Source of the DNA: Clostridiales bacterium
Lineage (GTDB): Bacteria > Bacillota > Clostridia > TANB77 > CAG-508
DNA: 64,000 nt
Direction of reading: 5' to 3'
NCBI GenBank assembly: GCA_003525075.1
Contig: DQFO01000014.1
Span: 64,032 to 128,031, forward strand
Below, in pieces: positions 38,444-49,006 of the stretch (positions within the stretch are counted from its first letter, which is position 1; each line of letters starts with the position of its first letter). The position numbers and the translations under genes were made by a program. The notes beneath the pieces are model-generated. The model was not told where the DNA came from. It searched no databases and saw only the letters and a list, made by a program, of their open reading frames with translations.

Positions 38444-40408
38444 TTATTTTTCATTTTTTGTCAAATTTTGATCATATTTTTCTAATATATAATCTAAACT
38501 TTTTGCAAATTCTTCTAGCATAACAATTTTTATTGATGCTGTTTTGTCTTTTATATATTCTCTTATAACTTCTCTTAATTTTATTAAGTTATCTTTTTCT
38601 TCAAGTAATAATTCTGAATATAATTCAGCTCTTTTTATCATCTTGTCTTTTATAGTAACTAAGTCTTCATTACTAGAATACATTAATCGTTGTAAAACAT
38701 TTCTTGGCTCATAATATCTAAAGATTGGTATTTCCATACATTCTTTATCAAATCTATCATAGAATTGTTCCATTTTCATAGGAATACATTTGAATATTTC
38801 TTCTGCCTTTTTTCCAAAGGCTTTTTCTTTTAAACTTTCATTTATTTCATAAAATTTATTTAGTATTTTTTGCATATCTTTTTGATTTTGAACTAATGCA
38901 AATTCAGTAAATTCATCTTTTTTTATTTCATAGTATTCTGATTTTTGAGCAACTAAATCCATACTATCTTCAAATATCTTTTTTATTGTTTCAGATTCAT
39001 ATGGGATTAATTTTTTACTTGAAAAATAACTAAAATATGAATATAGTTTTACTAATTCAATTAATTCTACTTTTCCAGATTTTATTTCTTTTATTATATC
39101 ATTTATTACTTTCAAAAATTCCTCATCAGGTATTTTCCAATATTCTTCTGTTAATAATCTTTTATATGCAGGAACATTTCTATTTTCTCCTGTATTTTGT
39201 ATTTCTGCCATGTCATTTTTTAATAGTTTCATATCAAAGATTCTTGTTCTCACATAATATTCAATAAATTTAAAAAATCTATATTCTGCTTTAAAATTAT
39301 AATAATAATTATTATCAAATTCTTTAATATAAAATTGTCTATTATCCATTAATACTCTTGATGATACTAATATTGCTTTATATTCTTCATTATTTTTTAT
39401 ATCTATAAATTTATCTTTAGTTACTTTTCCTGCTTTTATCTCAAAGGATATTGCTATAGTAAATATTAGCATTGTTTGAATTACTCTATTACTAATATCA
39501 GGATATTTTTGTGTTACAACTTGATATATTTTTTGAAAATCTTTTAATGCATGTTTTAAAATTCTTAAGTTTCTAGTTCCACTTTTTTTAAATGTTGAAA
39601 TTATAAGGTTTATATTTGTTCTATAAAATCTTTCTAAATCAGGATCATCTTCATATCTAATTAATATTCCATTTATTATATAATCAAATTTTGGAGCATA
39701 TTCAAATGTTTCGCCTATAAGTTTTTCTTTTATTCTTTCATAATCATTTGCTTTATCAAATACATTTTCTATTTGGTCTTTTATTTTTTCGACCATAGGC
39801 TTATTATTATCTTGTAACTCACCTTCTTTATCAAGTATATATGTAGCTATAAATGTTTTCATTTCCAAATTGCTACTTTTTATTTTTGTTGATAATTCTT
39901 TTTCATTACATATTATTATTGTTTTTATATGATCATGCTCAACAAAATTATTTATATATCCTAAAATGTCTATAACATCTACATTTGCTCTTTCTAGGTC
40001 ATCGAAACATAATACTTTATCATCTGTAGAGAAAAATTCTTCATAATCTATTTTTCCTTCATTTGCTGATACTCCAAATAGATTTGCCATATCTAACCCT
40101 GTTTTAGCATATTCTGGTATTGTCATTTCTTCATGTTGATTCATATATTTTTTTAAGTTTTTGTCCATAAGTTGTGTTGTTTCTATAAAAATCTTTTTAC
40201 TTATATCTTCAAGATTAGAAATTCCATATAATGACATATATATTGTTTTATATTGTTTTCCATTAAATTTCATGGAATCTATTTTCTTTCTAATTTTGTT
40301 ATTCCAAAAATGTGTTTTTCCTGAGCCCCATTCTCCATTAATCATTATTGCATAATCTGTATAATCTGCTCTTACATAATCTAATATACTTTCAACTAAG
40401 TCTTCCAT
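38444..40408 (-). CDS. KAP-family P-loop NTPase
   Basis: N-terminal P-loop INGEWGSGKTHFW, typical of the KAP family. 654 aa. Confidence 0.7.
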   Translation of the reverse strand: MEDLVESILDYVRADYTDYAIMINGEWGSGKTHFWNNKIRKKIDSMKFNGKQYKTIYMSLYGISNLEDISKKIFIETTQLMDKNLKKYMNQHEEMTIPEYAKTGLDMANLFGVSANEGKIDYEEFFSTDDKVLCFDDLERANVDVIDILGYINNFVEHDHIKTIIICNEKELSTKIKSSNLEMKTFIATYILDKEGELQDNNKPMVEKIKDQIENVFDKANDYERIKEKLIGETFEYAPKFDYIINGILIRYEDDPDLERFYRTNINLIISTFKKSGTRNLRILKHALKDFQKIYQVVTQKYPDISNRVIQTMLIFTIAISFEIKAGKVTKDKFIDIKNNEEYKAILVSSRVLMDNRQFYIKEFDNNYYYNFKAEYRFFKFIEYYVRTRIFDMKLLKNDMAEIQNTGENRNVPAYKRLLTEEYWKIPDEEFLKVINDIIKEIKSGKVELIELVKLYSYFSYFSSKKLIPYESETIKKIFEDSMDLVAQKSEYYEIKKDEFTEFALVQNQKDMQKILNKFYEINESLKEKAFGKKAEEIFKCIPMKMEQFYDRFDKECMEIPIFRYYEPRNVLQRLMYSSNEDLVTIKDKMIKRAELYSELLLEEKDNLIKLREVIREYIKDKTASIKIVMLEEFAKSLDYILEKYDQNLTKNEK

Positions 40409-40451
40409 AAATCTATAGCAAATGCTTTTATTAGCATTTTCTCCTTTCTAT

Positions 40452-41063
40452 TTAATCTTTTGCAAGAGTTAGTACACCTATGTTTTCTTTTTTTATTCCA
40501 TTTTTTCTTAAGAGATTTGAACATTCATTTAATGTACTTCCAGTTGTATAAATGTCATCTATTATAAGAATTTTATTGTTCATTATTTTTTCTATATTTT
40601 TTATCTTAAATGCTCCTTTTATATTTTCTTTTCTTTCTTTTTTATTTAGTGTACTTTGCGGTACAATATTTTTAGTTTTATATAATATTCTACTTTCTAT
40701 TTTTATTTGTAAAATACTTGAAATTATTTCTGCTATTAATTGACTTTGGTTATAGCCTCTTTGTAGCCTTCTTTTCCAACTTAATGGTACCACAATAATT
40801 ATATCATATTTTTTTAATTTTTCCAAATATTTTTTATTATTTTGTAAAAAATATTCAATTGTTTTGTAGATATATGGTTTTTTTTGAAATTTCATTTCCA
40901 AAATCATATTTCTTATTAAATCTTTGTATTGAAATAAATAATATTGTTCTAAAAAATTTTTGTCTTTAGTATGAATTTTTGTAAATTTGAATTCTTTTTG
41001 TATTTTTTTCTTACATTTATAGCAAAGTGAATTTCTACTTTCATTTTTACATATTCCACACAT
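40452..41063 (-). CDS. comFC: ComF family protein (ComFC-like phosphoribosyltransferase with an N-terminal zinc finger)
   Basis: CGICKN...CYKCKKK zinc finger. C-terminal PRTase motif IIDDIYTTGSTL. Confidence 0.75.
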   Translation of the reverse strand: MCGICKNESRNSLCYKCKKKIQKEFKFTKIHTKDKNFLEQYYLFQYKDLIRNMILEMKFQKKPYIYKTIEYFLQNNKKYLEKLKKYDIIIVVPLSWKRRLQRGYNQSQLIAEIISSILQIKIESRILYKTKNIVPQSTLNKKERKENIKGAFKIKNIEKIMNNKILIIDDIYTTGSTLNECSNLLRKNGIKKENIGVLTLAKD

Positions 41064-41182
41064 TTGCGGATAAAAAATGTCTAGTATTTTTTGAATTTTT
41101 TTATTATTGATTATATCTTTATTTCATCTCTCCTTCATAAAACAATAAAAAGAGCTTATCTTTAATAAGCCCCTCTATTTTA

Positions 41183-43054
41183 TTATACTTCCATGATTAT
41201 TGGTATAATCATTGGATTTCTTTTTGTTTTTATAAATAAGTAATCTCTTAGGTTTTCTTTAATTGTTGATTTTATTGTTGTCCAATCACGTATTCCTCTT
41301 TCTTCGCATTTTGCCACTTCATGTCTTACAACACTTTTTACATCATCCATTAAATTTTCTGATTCTCTTACATATACGAATCCTCTTGAAATTACATCTG
41401 GACCAGCTACAACTTCCCCTGTTTGTGAATCCATTGTTAATACTATTACTATTAGTCCATCTTGTGCTAAATGTTGTCTATCTCTTAATACAATATTTCC
41501 AACATCTCCAACACCTAATCCGTCAACCAATACTCTTCCACTTGGTACACTTCCATTAAATTTGCATTCATCTTCATTCATTTCTAATACTCTACCATTT
41601 GTAAGCATAAAAATGTTTGATTCACTTATTCCCATTAATTTCGCTGTATCTGCATGTGCTCTTAATTGTCTATATTCACCATGTACTGGTATAAAATATT
41701 TTGGTTTTGCTAATGCCATTATTAATTTTTGTTCTTCTTGGCATGCATGTCCTGAAACATGTACATTTGCTAATGCACTATATACAACTTCTGCACCTAA
41801 TTGCATTAAATCATCTATTACTTTTGATACATATTTTTCATTTCCTGGAATTGGTGTTGCTGATATTATTATTAAATCATTTGGTGTTATTGTTATTTTT
41901 CTATGATCACCTGCTGCCATTCTTGTTAATGCTGACATTGGTTCTCCTTGACTTCCTGTTGTTATAATAACTAATTGTTCATCTGTATATGTTCCTATCA
42001 TATCAATATCAATAAATATGTTGTCTGGACATTTGATATATCCTAATTCTATTGATGTATTTATAATATTTATCATACTTCTTCCACATACAGCTATTTT
42101 TCTGTTATATTTAATAGCCGAATTTACTATTTGTTGTATTCTGTGTACATTTGACGCAAATGTTGCTACAACTATTCTTTTTGAACAATTTTGAAATACT
42201 GTATCAAATAGTTCTCCTACAGAACTTTCTGACATTGTAAAGCCTTTTCTTTCTGCATTTGTACTATCTGACATTAATGCTAATATTCCTTTATTTCCTA
42301 ATTCTGCAATTCTTCCAAAATCCATAAGTTGTCCATCTATTGGTGTGTAATCTACTTTAAAGTCTCCTGTATGTAATATTGTTCCTGCTGGTGTTGTAAT
42401 TGCTAACATTACAGAATCTGGTATGCTGTGTGAACTTCTTATAAATTCTACTTTAAAGTTCTTTCCTAATTGAATTGTTTCACCTTGTGTTACTATATGC
42501 ATTTCTGTACTTCTTAATAATTTATGTTCTTCTAATTTATTGCTTATTAGTCCTGCTGCTAATCTTGTTGCATATATTGGTGTATTTATTTGTTTTAAGA
42601 AATATGGTATTCCTCCTATATGATCTTCATGACCATGTGTTATAACCATTCCTTTTAATTTTTCTTGATTTTTTACTAAATATGTTATATCTGGAATTAC
42701 TAAGTCAACTCCTAACATATCATCTTCTGGAAATGATAAACCACAATCTACAACAATCATTTCATCTTCATATTCAAATACTGTAATATTTTTTCCGATT
42801 TCATGTAATCCTCCTAATGGGATTATTTTTAAACTTGATTTTTTGAATACCTCTTTTGCAATGCTTGTTTCTACTACTTCTCCATCTTTTACTTCTTGCA
42901 TTATTTTTGGTGTTCTTGTTTTATAATTTCTCTTTGTTTTTGTTCCTTCTTCTTGTTTATAATTTTCTTTTTTATGATAATTTCTTCTTGTCTTTCTTAC
43001 TTTTTCTGCAACAGTACTTGCTGTTTCTTCCAATATATTTTTTTCTTCTGACAT
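41183..43054 (-). CDS. rnj: Ribonuclease J
   Basis: MBL/beta-CASP motif HGHEDHIGG and an RNase J C-terminal domain. Lys-rich N-terminal extension. Confidence 0.9.
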   Translation of the reverse strand: MSEEKNILEETASTVAEKVRKTRRNYHKKENYKQEEGTKTKRNYKTRTPKIMQEVKDGEVVETSIAKEVFKKSSLKIIPLGGLHEIGKNITVFEYEDEMIVVDCGLSFPEDDMLGVDLVIPDITYLVKNQEKLKGMVITHGHEDHIGGIPYFLKQINTPIYATRLAAGLISNKLEEHKLLRSTEMHIVTQGETIQLGKNFKVEFIRSSHSIPDSVMLAITTPAGTILHTGDFKVDYTPIDGQLMDFGRIAELGNKGILALMSDSTNAERKGFTMSESSVGELFDTVFQNCSKRIVVATFASNVHRIQQIVNSAIKYNRKIAVCGRSMINIINTSIELGYIKCPDNIFIDIDMIGTYTDEQLVIITTGSQGEPMSALTRMAAGDHRKITITPNDLIIISATPIPGNEKYVSKVIDDLMQLGAEVVYSALANVHVSGHACQEEQKLIMALAKPKYFIPVHGEYRQLRAHADTAKLMGISESNIFMLTNGRVLEMNEDECKFNGSVPSGRVLVDGLGVGDVGNIVLRDRQHLAQDGLIVIVLTMDSQTGEVVAGPDVISRGFVYVRESENLMDDVKSVVRHEVAKCEERGIRDWTTIKSTIKENLRDYLFIKTKRNPMIIPIIMEV

Positions 43055-43331
43055 TTATTTATCTATTCTCCTTTCTCTTTTAATTTTATCTGTATCAAAT
43101 AGAACAAATAAGAAAAATTTAAAATTTTTCTTTGATTTGTTCTTGAATATTTTTTATTTAATTATCTCTCATAATTATTTACTACTTTTATCATTTCATA
43201 CGATAAAATCAAATCAATCTCTTGACAACACATTTGATATTTTAGCATATTTTTATATAATTGTCAATTGTATAAATTCCATTTTCTTGTAAATAATAGC
43301 ATTATAATATTTTTTACAAGAAAGGATCATT

Positions 43332-44426
43332 ATGGAAAATACTAAAATTGGAAATAAAGAAGCAATTGCCCTTTTAACAACAATCTCATTTAATCAAATA
43401 ATTATATTTGGAGTAAAATCTATAATAAACAATACTTCATCTGCTTCTTTACTTAATCTACTATATTTAAGTATTATTATATTAATTTTCACAATTTTAA
43501 TATGTTATTTATTAAATAAATTTCCATCATTTGATTTACTTGATATATCTGATTATCTTGGTGGAAAAATATTAAAATGGATTATTGGAATTTTATTTTT
43601 TATATATTTTATTATTTTTGCAGGGAATTCACTTCATCTGTTTTCTTCATGTTTAGAAATAATATATTTTCCTTTAACTCTACTGATTTTTATAAGATCA
43701 TTTTTAATAATAGGTGCTACTATTACTTGCTTATTCAAAAATAATGCGTTATATAGAAGCAATTTTATTGTTTTTCCTTTAATTATAATTACTACTATTT
43801 TTATGTTTTTCTCTGATATGAAATATTTTAACATTGAAAATGTATACCCTATATTTGGAGATAGTCTCTTTTACACTTTTATTGTTGGATTAAATAATAT
43901 GATTGTATTTCAAAGTTTAGCATATATTTTTTTCTTGCCACCATTATTAAAAAATACTCAAAACATAAAAAAAATTGCAATAACATCTATTGTAATATCT
44001 TGTATTTTAAACTTATTATGTGTTGCAACAGTTCTTTTTACATTTGATGGTTTTACAGAAATAGATGAATTACTACCTTTATATTCAGCAGTAAAGCATA
44101 TAGAATATGGTGAATTTTTTAGAAAAATGGATTCTATATTTTTTCTAATTTGGATTATTAGTTTTGTAAGTTACTTAAGTTTAACACTAAAATTTTCAGC
44201 AAATATTTTAAAAAAATTAACATATTCAAAATCCAACTTTTTCTTTATATTTATTTCTGCATTTCTATTATTTATAACATCTGGATGGCAGAAAAATTAT
44301 AATACATCTTTGATGTTTACTGAAAATTTTTTAAGTTATTTCTTTTTTATATTAGTATTCGTAATTGCTATTTTAGTTTTACTATTAGCATTTATAAAAA
44401 AGAAAATTAAAAGGTGGTCAAAATGA
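43332..44426 (+). CDS. Spore germination protein, GerAB/GerKB family (amino-acid-permease-like)
   Basis: 364 aa with about 10 transmembrane helices. Overlaps the downstream Ger(x)C gene, as in ger operons. Confidence 0.65.
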   Translation: MENTKIGNKEAIALLTTISFNQIIIFGVKSIINNTSSASLLNLLYLSIIILIFTILICYLLNKFPSFDLLDISDYLGGKILKWIIGILFFIYFIIFAGNSLHLFSSCLEIIYFPLTLLIFIRSFLIIGATITCLFKNNALYRSNFIVFPLIIITTIFMFFSDMKYFNIENVYPIFGDSLFYTFIVGLNNMIVFQSLAYIFFLPPLLKNTQNIKKIAITSIVISCILNLLCVATVLFTFDGFTEIDELLPLYSAVKHIEYGEFFRKMDSIFFLIWIISFVSYLSLTLKFSANILKKLTYSKSNFFFIFISAFLLFITSGWQKNYNTSLMFTENFLSYFFFILVFVIAILVLLLAFIKKKIKRWSK

Positions 44427-45802
44427 AGAAAAAATTTATAATTATTTTAATATTATTTGTTGTCTTTATTACATTTATTGCAGGATTTTCCAATTCATAC
44501 ATCTCTCGTCGTATAGAACATCTTGCATATGTTCTTGTGCTTGGAATTGATAAAGGTGAAAAAGCAAGATTAAAAATTTCTATTCAATTTATAAATGTTT
44601 CTTCTTCATCAAGTGGTGCATCTTCTGATTCTTCGCAAATTGTATTAACATCTTGCGAAGCTAATTCTATGTTTAGTGGATTAAACCTTTTAAATAGTTA
44701 TATAGGTAAAGAAATTAATCTTGCACATTGTAGTGTTGTCGTTTTTTCAGAAGAAATTGCCAAAGAAGGAATTTCATCAGAGATATATAGTTTAATAAAT
44801 AATGAAGAAATTCGTTCTTCTGCTAATATTGTTGTTGCAAATTGTAAAGCATATGATTATATTAATAATAGTAAACCTAATTTAGAAAATCTAACAAGTA
44901 AATATTTCGATACATTTGATATTACAAGTAAACTAACTGGATATTTTTCAAATATAACACTTGGTGATTTTTTTAATAATCTATCTGAAAGCAATTCAGA
45001 CCCAATAGCAGTTTTAGGCGGATTAAATTCAACAGCACGTTCTGAAGAAGATAAATCATCTTCAAATTCTTCTGAAGAAAGTTCTTCATCTTCAAATTCT
45101 TCTGAAGAAAGTTCTTCATCTTCAAATAGTGGCAATTCAGACAATATAAATGGTGAAACCTCAAATTCTAATTCATCATCACAAGATATTGAAGATCAAG
45201 AGAAACAAGAAATTGAAACTACTCAAAATAATTTAGTTGCTGGAAAAAGTTCAATTGTTGGTGGAAGAGGTACAGAAAACCTTGGTCTTGCTATTTTTTC
45301 TGGTGATAAATATATTGGAGAATTAACTGTTTGGGAATCAATTTGTCATTCTCTTATCACAAATTCTATTGATACCTGTATAATATCTGTTGAAGATCCT
45401 TTAGTTGAAAATAAACAATTAGAAATTCAACTTTCTCCTAATAAAAAATCAAAAATAACATCTAATATCGAAAATGGAGCTATAAATATAAATATTGAAC
45501 TAAATTTAATTGCTAATATAATTTCATTAAATTCAAATATAAACTATGAAGATACAGATACTATAAATAAGATATCCACAGCTACTCAAAATCGTTTAAA
45601 TGACGAATTAAATAAATATTTTGATAAAACAGCAAGAAAGTATAATGTTGATATTGATAAATATTATTTAAGTATTCTAAAATATTTTCCTTATCAAAAA
45701 AACTTTGATAATTTTAATTATAAAGAAAAATTAAAAAATGCCAACTTTAATTGTAATACACATGTGAACATCATTTCTTCATTACTTATAACCAAAACAT
45801 AA
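44414..45802 (+). CDS. Spore germination protein, Ger(x)C family; the usual lipobox Cys is replaced (IAGFS) and there is a Ser-rich repeat linker
   Basis: N-terminus RRIEHLAYVLVLGIDKGE matches the GerAC N-domain. 462 aa. Confidence 0.65.
   Translation: MVKMKKKFIIILILFVVFITFIAGFSNSYISRRIEHLAYVLVLGIDKGEKARLKISIQFINVSSSSSGASSDSSQIVLTSCEANSMFSGLNLLNSYIGKEINLAHCSVVVFSEEIAKEGISSEIYSLINNEEIRSSANIVVANCKAYDYINNSKPNLENLTSKYFDTFDITSKLTGYFSNITLGDFFNNLSESNSDPIAVLGGLNSTARSEEDKSSSNSSEESSSSSNSSEESSSSSNSGNSDNINGETSNSNSSSQDIEDQEKQEIETTQNNLVAGKSSIVGGRGTENLGLAIFSGDKYIGELTVWESICHSLITNSIDTCIISVEDPLVENKQLEIQLSPNKKSKITSNIENGAININIELNLIANIISLNSNINYEDTDTINKISTATQNRLNDELNKYFDKTARKYNVDIDKYYLSILKYFPYQKNFDNFNYKEKLKNANFNCNTHVNIISSLLITKT
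45056..45128 (+). repeat. 30-nt tandem repeat (about 2.4 copies) encoding SSSNSSEESS inside the gerC-like gene
   Basis: TCATCTTCAAATTCTTCTGAAGAAAGTTCT occurs twice exactly, followed by a partial third copy. Confidence 0.8.
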
Positions 45803-45836
45803 GTGCAAATGTATTTTAACATTTGCACTTTTAATT
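45802..45836 (+). terminator. Intrinsic terminator after the gerC-like gene
   Basis: AGTGCAAATGT-atttta-ACATTTGCACT then TTTAATTT. Confidence 0.7.
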
Positions 45837-46688
45837 TGATTCTTTAAATCCTTTTCCTAATACTTCTCTTGCATTTGCAACTACAATAAAACATTTTTCA
45901 TCAATATTTTGAGCAATACTTTTTATTCTTGGTATATCTCCTATATTTGCTGCACATATTAATACTAATTTGTCATTTCCACTATACATTCCTTTTCCAT
46001 AAAGTCCTGTTACTCCTCTTTTTACATTTTCTTCTATCTGTTTTGAAATTTTCTCACTTTTATCTGAAATTATAAACATTATCTTAGTATAATAAACTCC
46101 TTCAAATATAGTGTCAATTAATTTTTCATATAAATATATTGCAATTGCAGAATATAATCCTATTTCAATATGTTTAAATACAAATACATTTGCAATGACA
46201 ATTATAATATCTATTATTGCTAAATATCTACTTATAGTAATATTAGGTTTATATGATTTTATTAAATTTGCAATTAATTCTGTTCCACCAGTAGATGCTC
46301 CTACTTTTAAAATTATTGCTGTTCCTATTCCAATTATTGTTCCCCCATATACTGATGCTAAAAATCTGTCTGTTGTTATTGGTTCAATTTTATCAAATAT
46401 ATCTATAAAAACTGACAAACTTGCCGTTCCTACTATAGATTTTATTAAAAACTTTTTTCCTATTCTATAATTTGAAAAAATAAACATTGGAATATTTAAT
46501 ATTAAATTCATTAATCCCATAGGAATATTAAATAAATAATATGTTATTGTTGCTATTCCAGAAAATCCTCCTGTTGATAATTGATTTGGTAATAAAAATA
46601 ATGATATTCCAAATGCCATTATCATTGCACCTATTACTGTTCCACTTCCATCTAAAATAGCTTGTTTTACTCCACTTTTCACAAACAT
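45831..46688 (-). CDS. YitT-family membrane protein (DUF161/DUF2179)
   Basis: Five to six transmembrane helices, then a C-terminal soluble domain (YGKGMYSGNDKLVLICA), as in YitT/YqfU. Confidence 0.7.
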   Translation of the reverse strand: MFVKSGVKQAILDGSGTVIGAMIMAFGISLFLLPNQLSTGGFSGIATITYYLFNIPMGLMNLILNIPMFIFSNYRIGKKFLIKSIVGTASLSVFIDIFDKIEPITTDRFLASVYGGTIIGIGTAIILKVGASTGGTELIANLIKSYKPNITISRYLAIIDIIIVIANVFVFKHIEIGLYSAIAIYLYEKLIDTIFEGVYYTKIMFIISDKSEKISKQIEENVKRGVTGLYGKGMYSGNDKLVLICAANIGDIPRIKSIAQNIDEKCFIVVANAREVLGKGFKESN

Positions 46689-46696
46689 CTCCTTTA

Positions 46697-46742
46697 CAAA
46701 AAAAACTATATATTACAATTATTTGTAATATATAGTTTTTTA
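46697..46742. terminator. Bidirectional AT-rich intrinsic terminator
   Basis: Perfect 18-bp stem AAAAACTATATATTACAA / TTGTAATATATAGTTTTT with a 4-nt loop. Confidence 0.55.
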
Positions 46743-46753
46743 TACATATTATA

Positions 46754-48127
46754 TTAGACAACCACTTTTTCACCTGTTTCAATATTATAATATTCTGTTA
46801 ATCTTTGTGGTTCAATTTTTAAGACATCTGTAAAGTTATATACATATTCTGGAATTCCGCCACCTTCATTTGCACTTCTATCATATTTTATTATTATAGG
46901 TTCAATTGTTGTCTCAAAATCATGTATTGTCATATCATAATAATTTCCCCACTCTGTTACAGATACTAAATTTTCATCAAGTGATTGTTCAAAAAATCCA
47001 TTTATTTCAATATAATAATTTAAAATATAAAAATTATTTGTATCTTGATTTGCTTTTACTTTTAAATCTGAAACTTCTCTTTCTATATCTTTTATTTTAT
47101 TTGATACTAATTGTTTTTCGAAATCACTACTATTATCCTCATCCCATAAAACTGAAATCTCTATAAAATAATTTTTCTCATTTTGATAATTTGTATAATA
47201 ATAAAAATCGTTTAATGTCCTATCTGTTAATGTATATAAATTTTTATATCCTATGTTATTTGATTTATATAATGATTCACTTGATAAATACTTATTATAA
47301 ATATTTATGTAGTCAGCCCATTCTTCAAATGAAACTGGTATATATATTTCATCATATACTATCATAATTGCTGATGGAGTACAATAAAAGTCTGTTATTT
47401 TTCCATTTTTATATTGTTCTATAAAATCTGCAACATCTTCTTCTATATTTCCATAATCATTAACTTGTAAATCTCCACTTAAATTCATCTCAGCTCTATT
47501 TGACACAAATCCATAATATGCTGATTTTCTTAATATTTCAGTTATTGGAGCATTCGTTGTAAATAAATCTTCTAACTTTATTAAATTTCCTGTATTTAGG
47601 TCATATGTAAATCCTTTTTGAACATTTATCAAATCATCACTATCATCATTTATTTTTCCCCAAGAAAATGAAGAAAAAGAAAGTATGTTACTAAAATTAG
47701 CTGTCTCATATAAACTTATTGAAGCATTTACAACTTTATCTAAATCAATGTTTTCTTTATATCCATTTAGAGCTTCAATTTCAATTTCTTTATTTATCTT
47801 ATCTTGAATTTTTTGATCTTTTAAACCATCTATCTGAAAGTATGTTATTTCAACTCTTTCTTTTGTTACTCTTTTTTCTACAATTTTTAAATCATTTTGA
47901 TTATATTTTCCTTTTAAATCAATTCCTTTTTCATTTGTTGACTCATTGGCTTTTGTTTCTTCTGTTTTGGATGTTTCTTCTGAATTATCATATTTTATAT
48001 CAATTCTTTTATACATAACTAATATTGATGTTATTATTATACAAATAACAGAAAATATAACAACAAAGATCAATTTTCCTTTAATAGTTTTGAACATATC
48101 CTGCCTCCTTAGCAACTTTTTGACCAT
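46754..48127 (-). CDS. Membrane-anchored hypothetical protein (possibly DUF3298/DUF4163, RsiV-like)
   Basis: N-terminal transmembrane segment, then a 400-aa extracytoplasmic domain. Family call is tentative. Confidence 0.45.
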   Translation of the reverse strand: MVKKLLRRQDMFKTIKGKLIFVVIFSVICIIITSILVMYKRIDIKYDNSEETSKTEETKANESTNEKGIDLKGKYNQNDLKIVEKRVTKERVEITYFQIDGLKDQKIQDKINKEIEIEALNGYKENIDLDKVVNASISLYETANFSNILSFSSFSWGKINDDSDDLINVQKGFTYDLNTGNLIKLEDLFTTNAPITEILRKSAYYGFVSNRAEMNLSGDLQVNDYGNIEEDVADFIEQYKNGKITDFYCTPSAIMIVYDEIYIPVSFEEWADYINIYNKYLSSESLYKSNNIGYKNLYTLTDRTLNDFYYYTNYQNEKNYFIEISVLWDEDNSSDFEKQLVSNKIKDIEREVSDLKVKANQDTNNFYILNYYIEINGFFEQSLDENLVSVTEWGNYYDMTIHDFETTIEPIIIKYDRSANEGGGIPEYVYNFTDVLKIEPQRLTEYYNIETGEKVVV

Positions 48128-48998
48128 ATGTTGATATCATCGCATTTAATAATTTTCTAGCATTACTATTTTCTGGCTCGTCTTTTCTTATTACAGCATA
48201 ATATGCTGTTTGGATATTATATAAACCTGTTTTTATATTATCATAAGTTGGTTCTATTCCATTTACAGATAAAAGTTTTATTTTGTCTTTTGAATACATT
48301 GTTGTAATATAATAATAATATGAATATCCTATAGCATTCTCTTTATTTTGATAATCTGAAACTACATCAACTATATCTACCATAGATTGTGCAACTGTTT
48401 CTTTTTCAGGTTCTTTCATTTTTATTCCTTGCATTACAAGTGATAACATTCCAGACTGACTTCCAGAATTTTGTGGTCTTTGATATGCTAATATTTGAGC
48501 ATCTGTTCCTCCAACTTCTTTCCAATTAGTTACTTTTCCTGAATATATATCTTGAATTTGATTTAATGTTAAATTATCTATTGAATTTTCCTTATTAACA
48601 AAAAATACAAAGGCTTCTTTTACAACTGGTACAATTTCTAATTCTACCCCTGCATCTTTTGCAAGTTGTTGTTCTTCTTCAGATGGATATGTTACTAATA
48701 TTAAATCTGATTTTTTATTTATTAAATTAACATATGCATTATGTGTTTTAGAATGTGTAACATCAACATTTTCAATATCTGTTCCTGTAAATGCTGATTT
48801 ATATGCTTGTGCTAAAGGTAATGTAGCTGTTGAACCATCTATTTTAGGATAATTTTCCATTGTAAAAATTGGATCTTGATTTTTATCTTTCTTTTCCCAT
48901 GCATGTGTAAAATATAAATATGCAACAATACATCCCACAACAACTAATATCATTATAACAATCAATAATATATTTATAGTTTTATTTTCTTTTTCCAT
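48081..48998 (-). CDS. Membrane-anchored PstS-like periplasmic-binding-fold protein (orphan; no ABC partners adjacent)
   Basis: N-terminal transmembrane segment. PBP-like motifs (IDGSTATLPL; QNSGSQSG). Confidence 0.55.
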   Translation of the reverse strand: MEKENKTINILLIVIMILVVVGCIVAYLYFTHAWEKKDKNQDPIFTMENYPKIDGSTATLPLAQAYKSAFTGTDIENVDVTHSKTHNAYVNLINKKSDLILVTYPSEEEQQLAKDAGVELEIVPVVKEAFVFFVNKENSIDNLTLNQIQDIYSGKVTNWKEVGGTDAQILAYQRPQNSGSQSGMLSLVMQGIKMKEPEKETVAQSMVDIVDVVSDYQNKENAIGYSYYYYITTMYSKDKIKLLSVNGIEPTYDNIKTGLYNIQTAYYAVIRKDEPENSNARKLLNAMISTYGQKVAKEAGYVQNY

Positions 48999-49006
48999 AG
49001 TTTCTT

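Noticed and set aside
41064-41182. Possible terminator between rnj and comFC
   Set aside because: It pairs only 6 bp, with G·U wobble pairs, and is not convincing. rnj and comFC may be co-transcribed.
44857-45164. Two minus-strand ORFs antisense to the gerC-like gene
   Set aside because: They are generated by the Ser-rich tandem repeat read in reverse (EEL/SSEEFEDEELSSEEFED) and are an artefact of the repeat.
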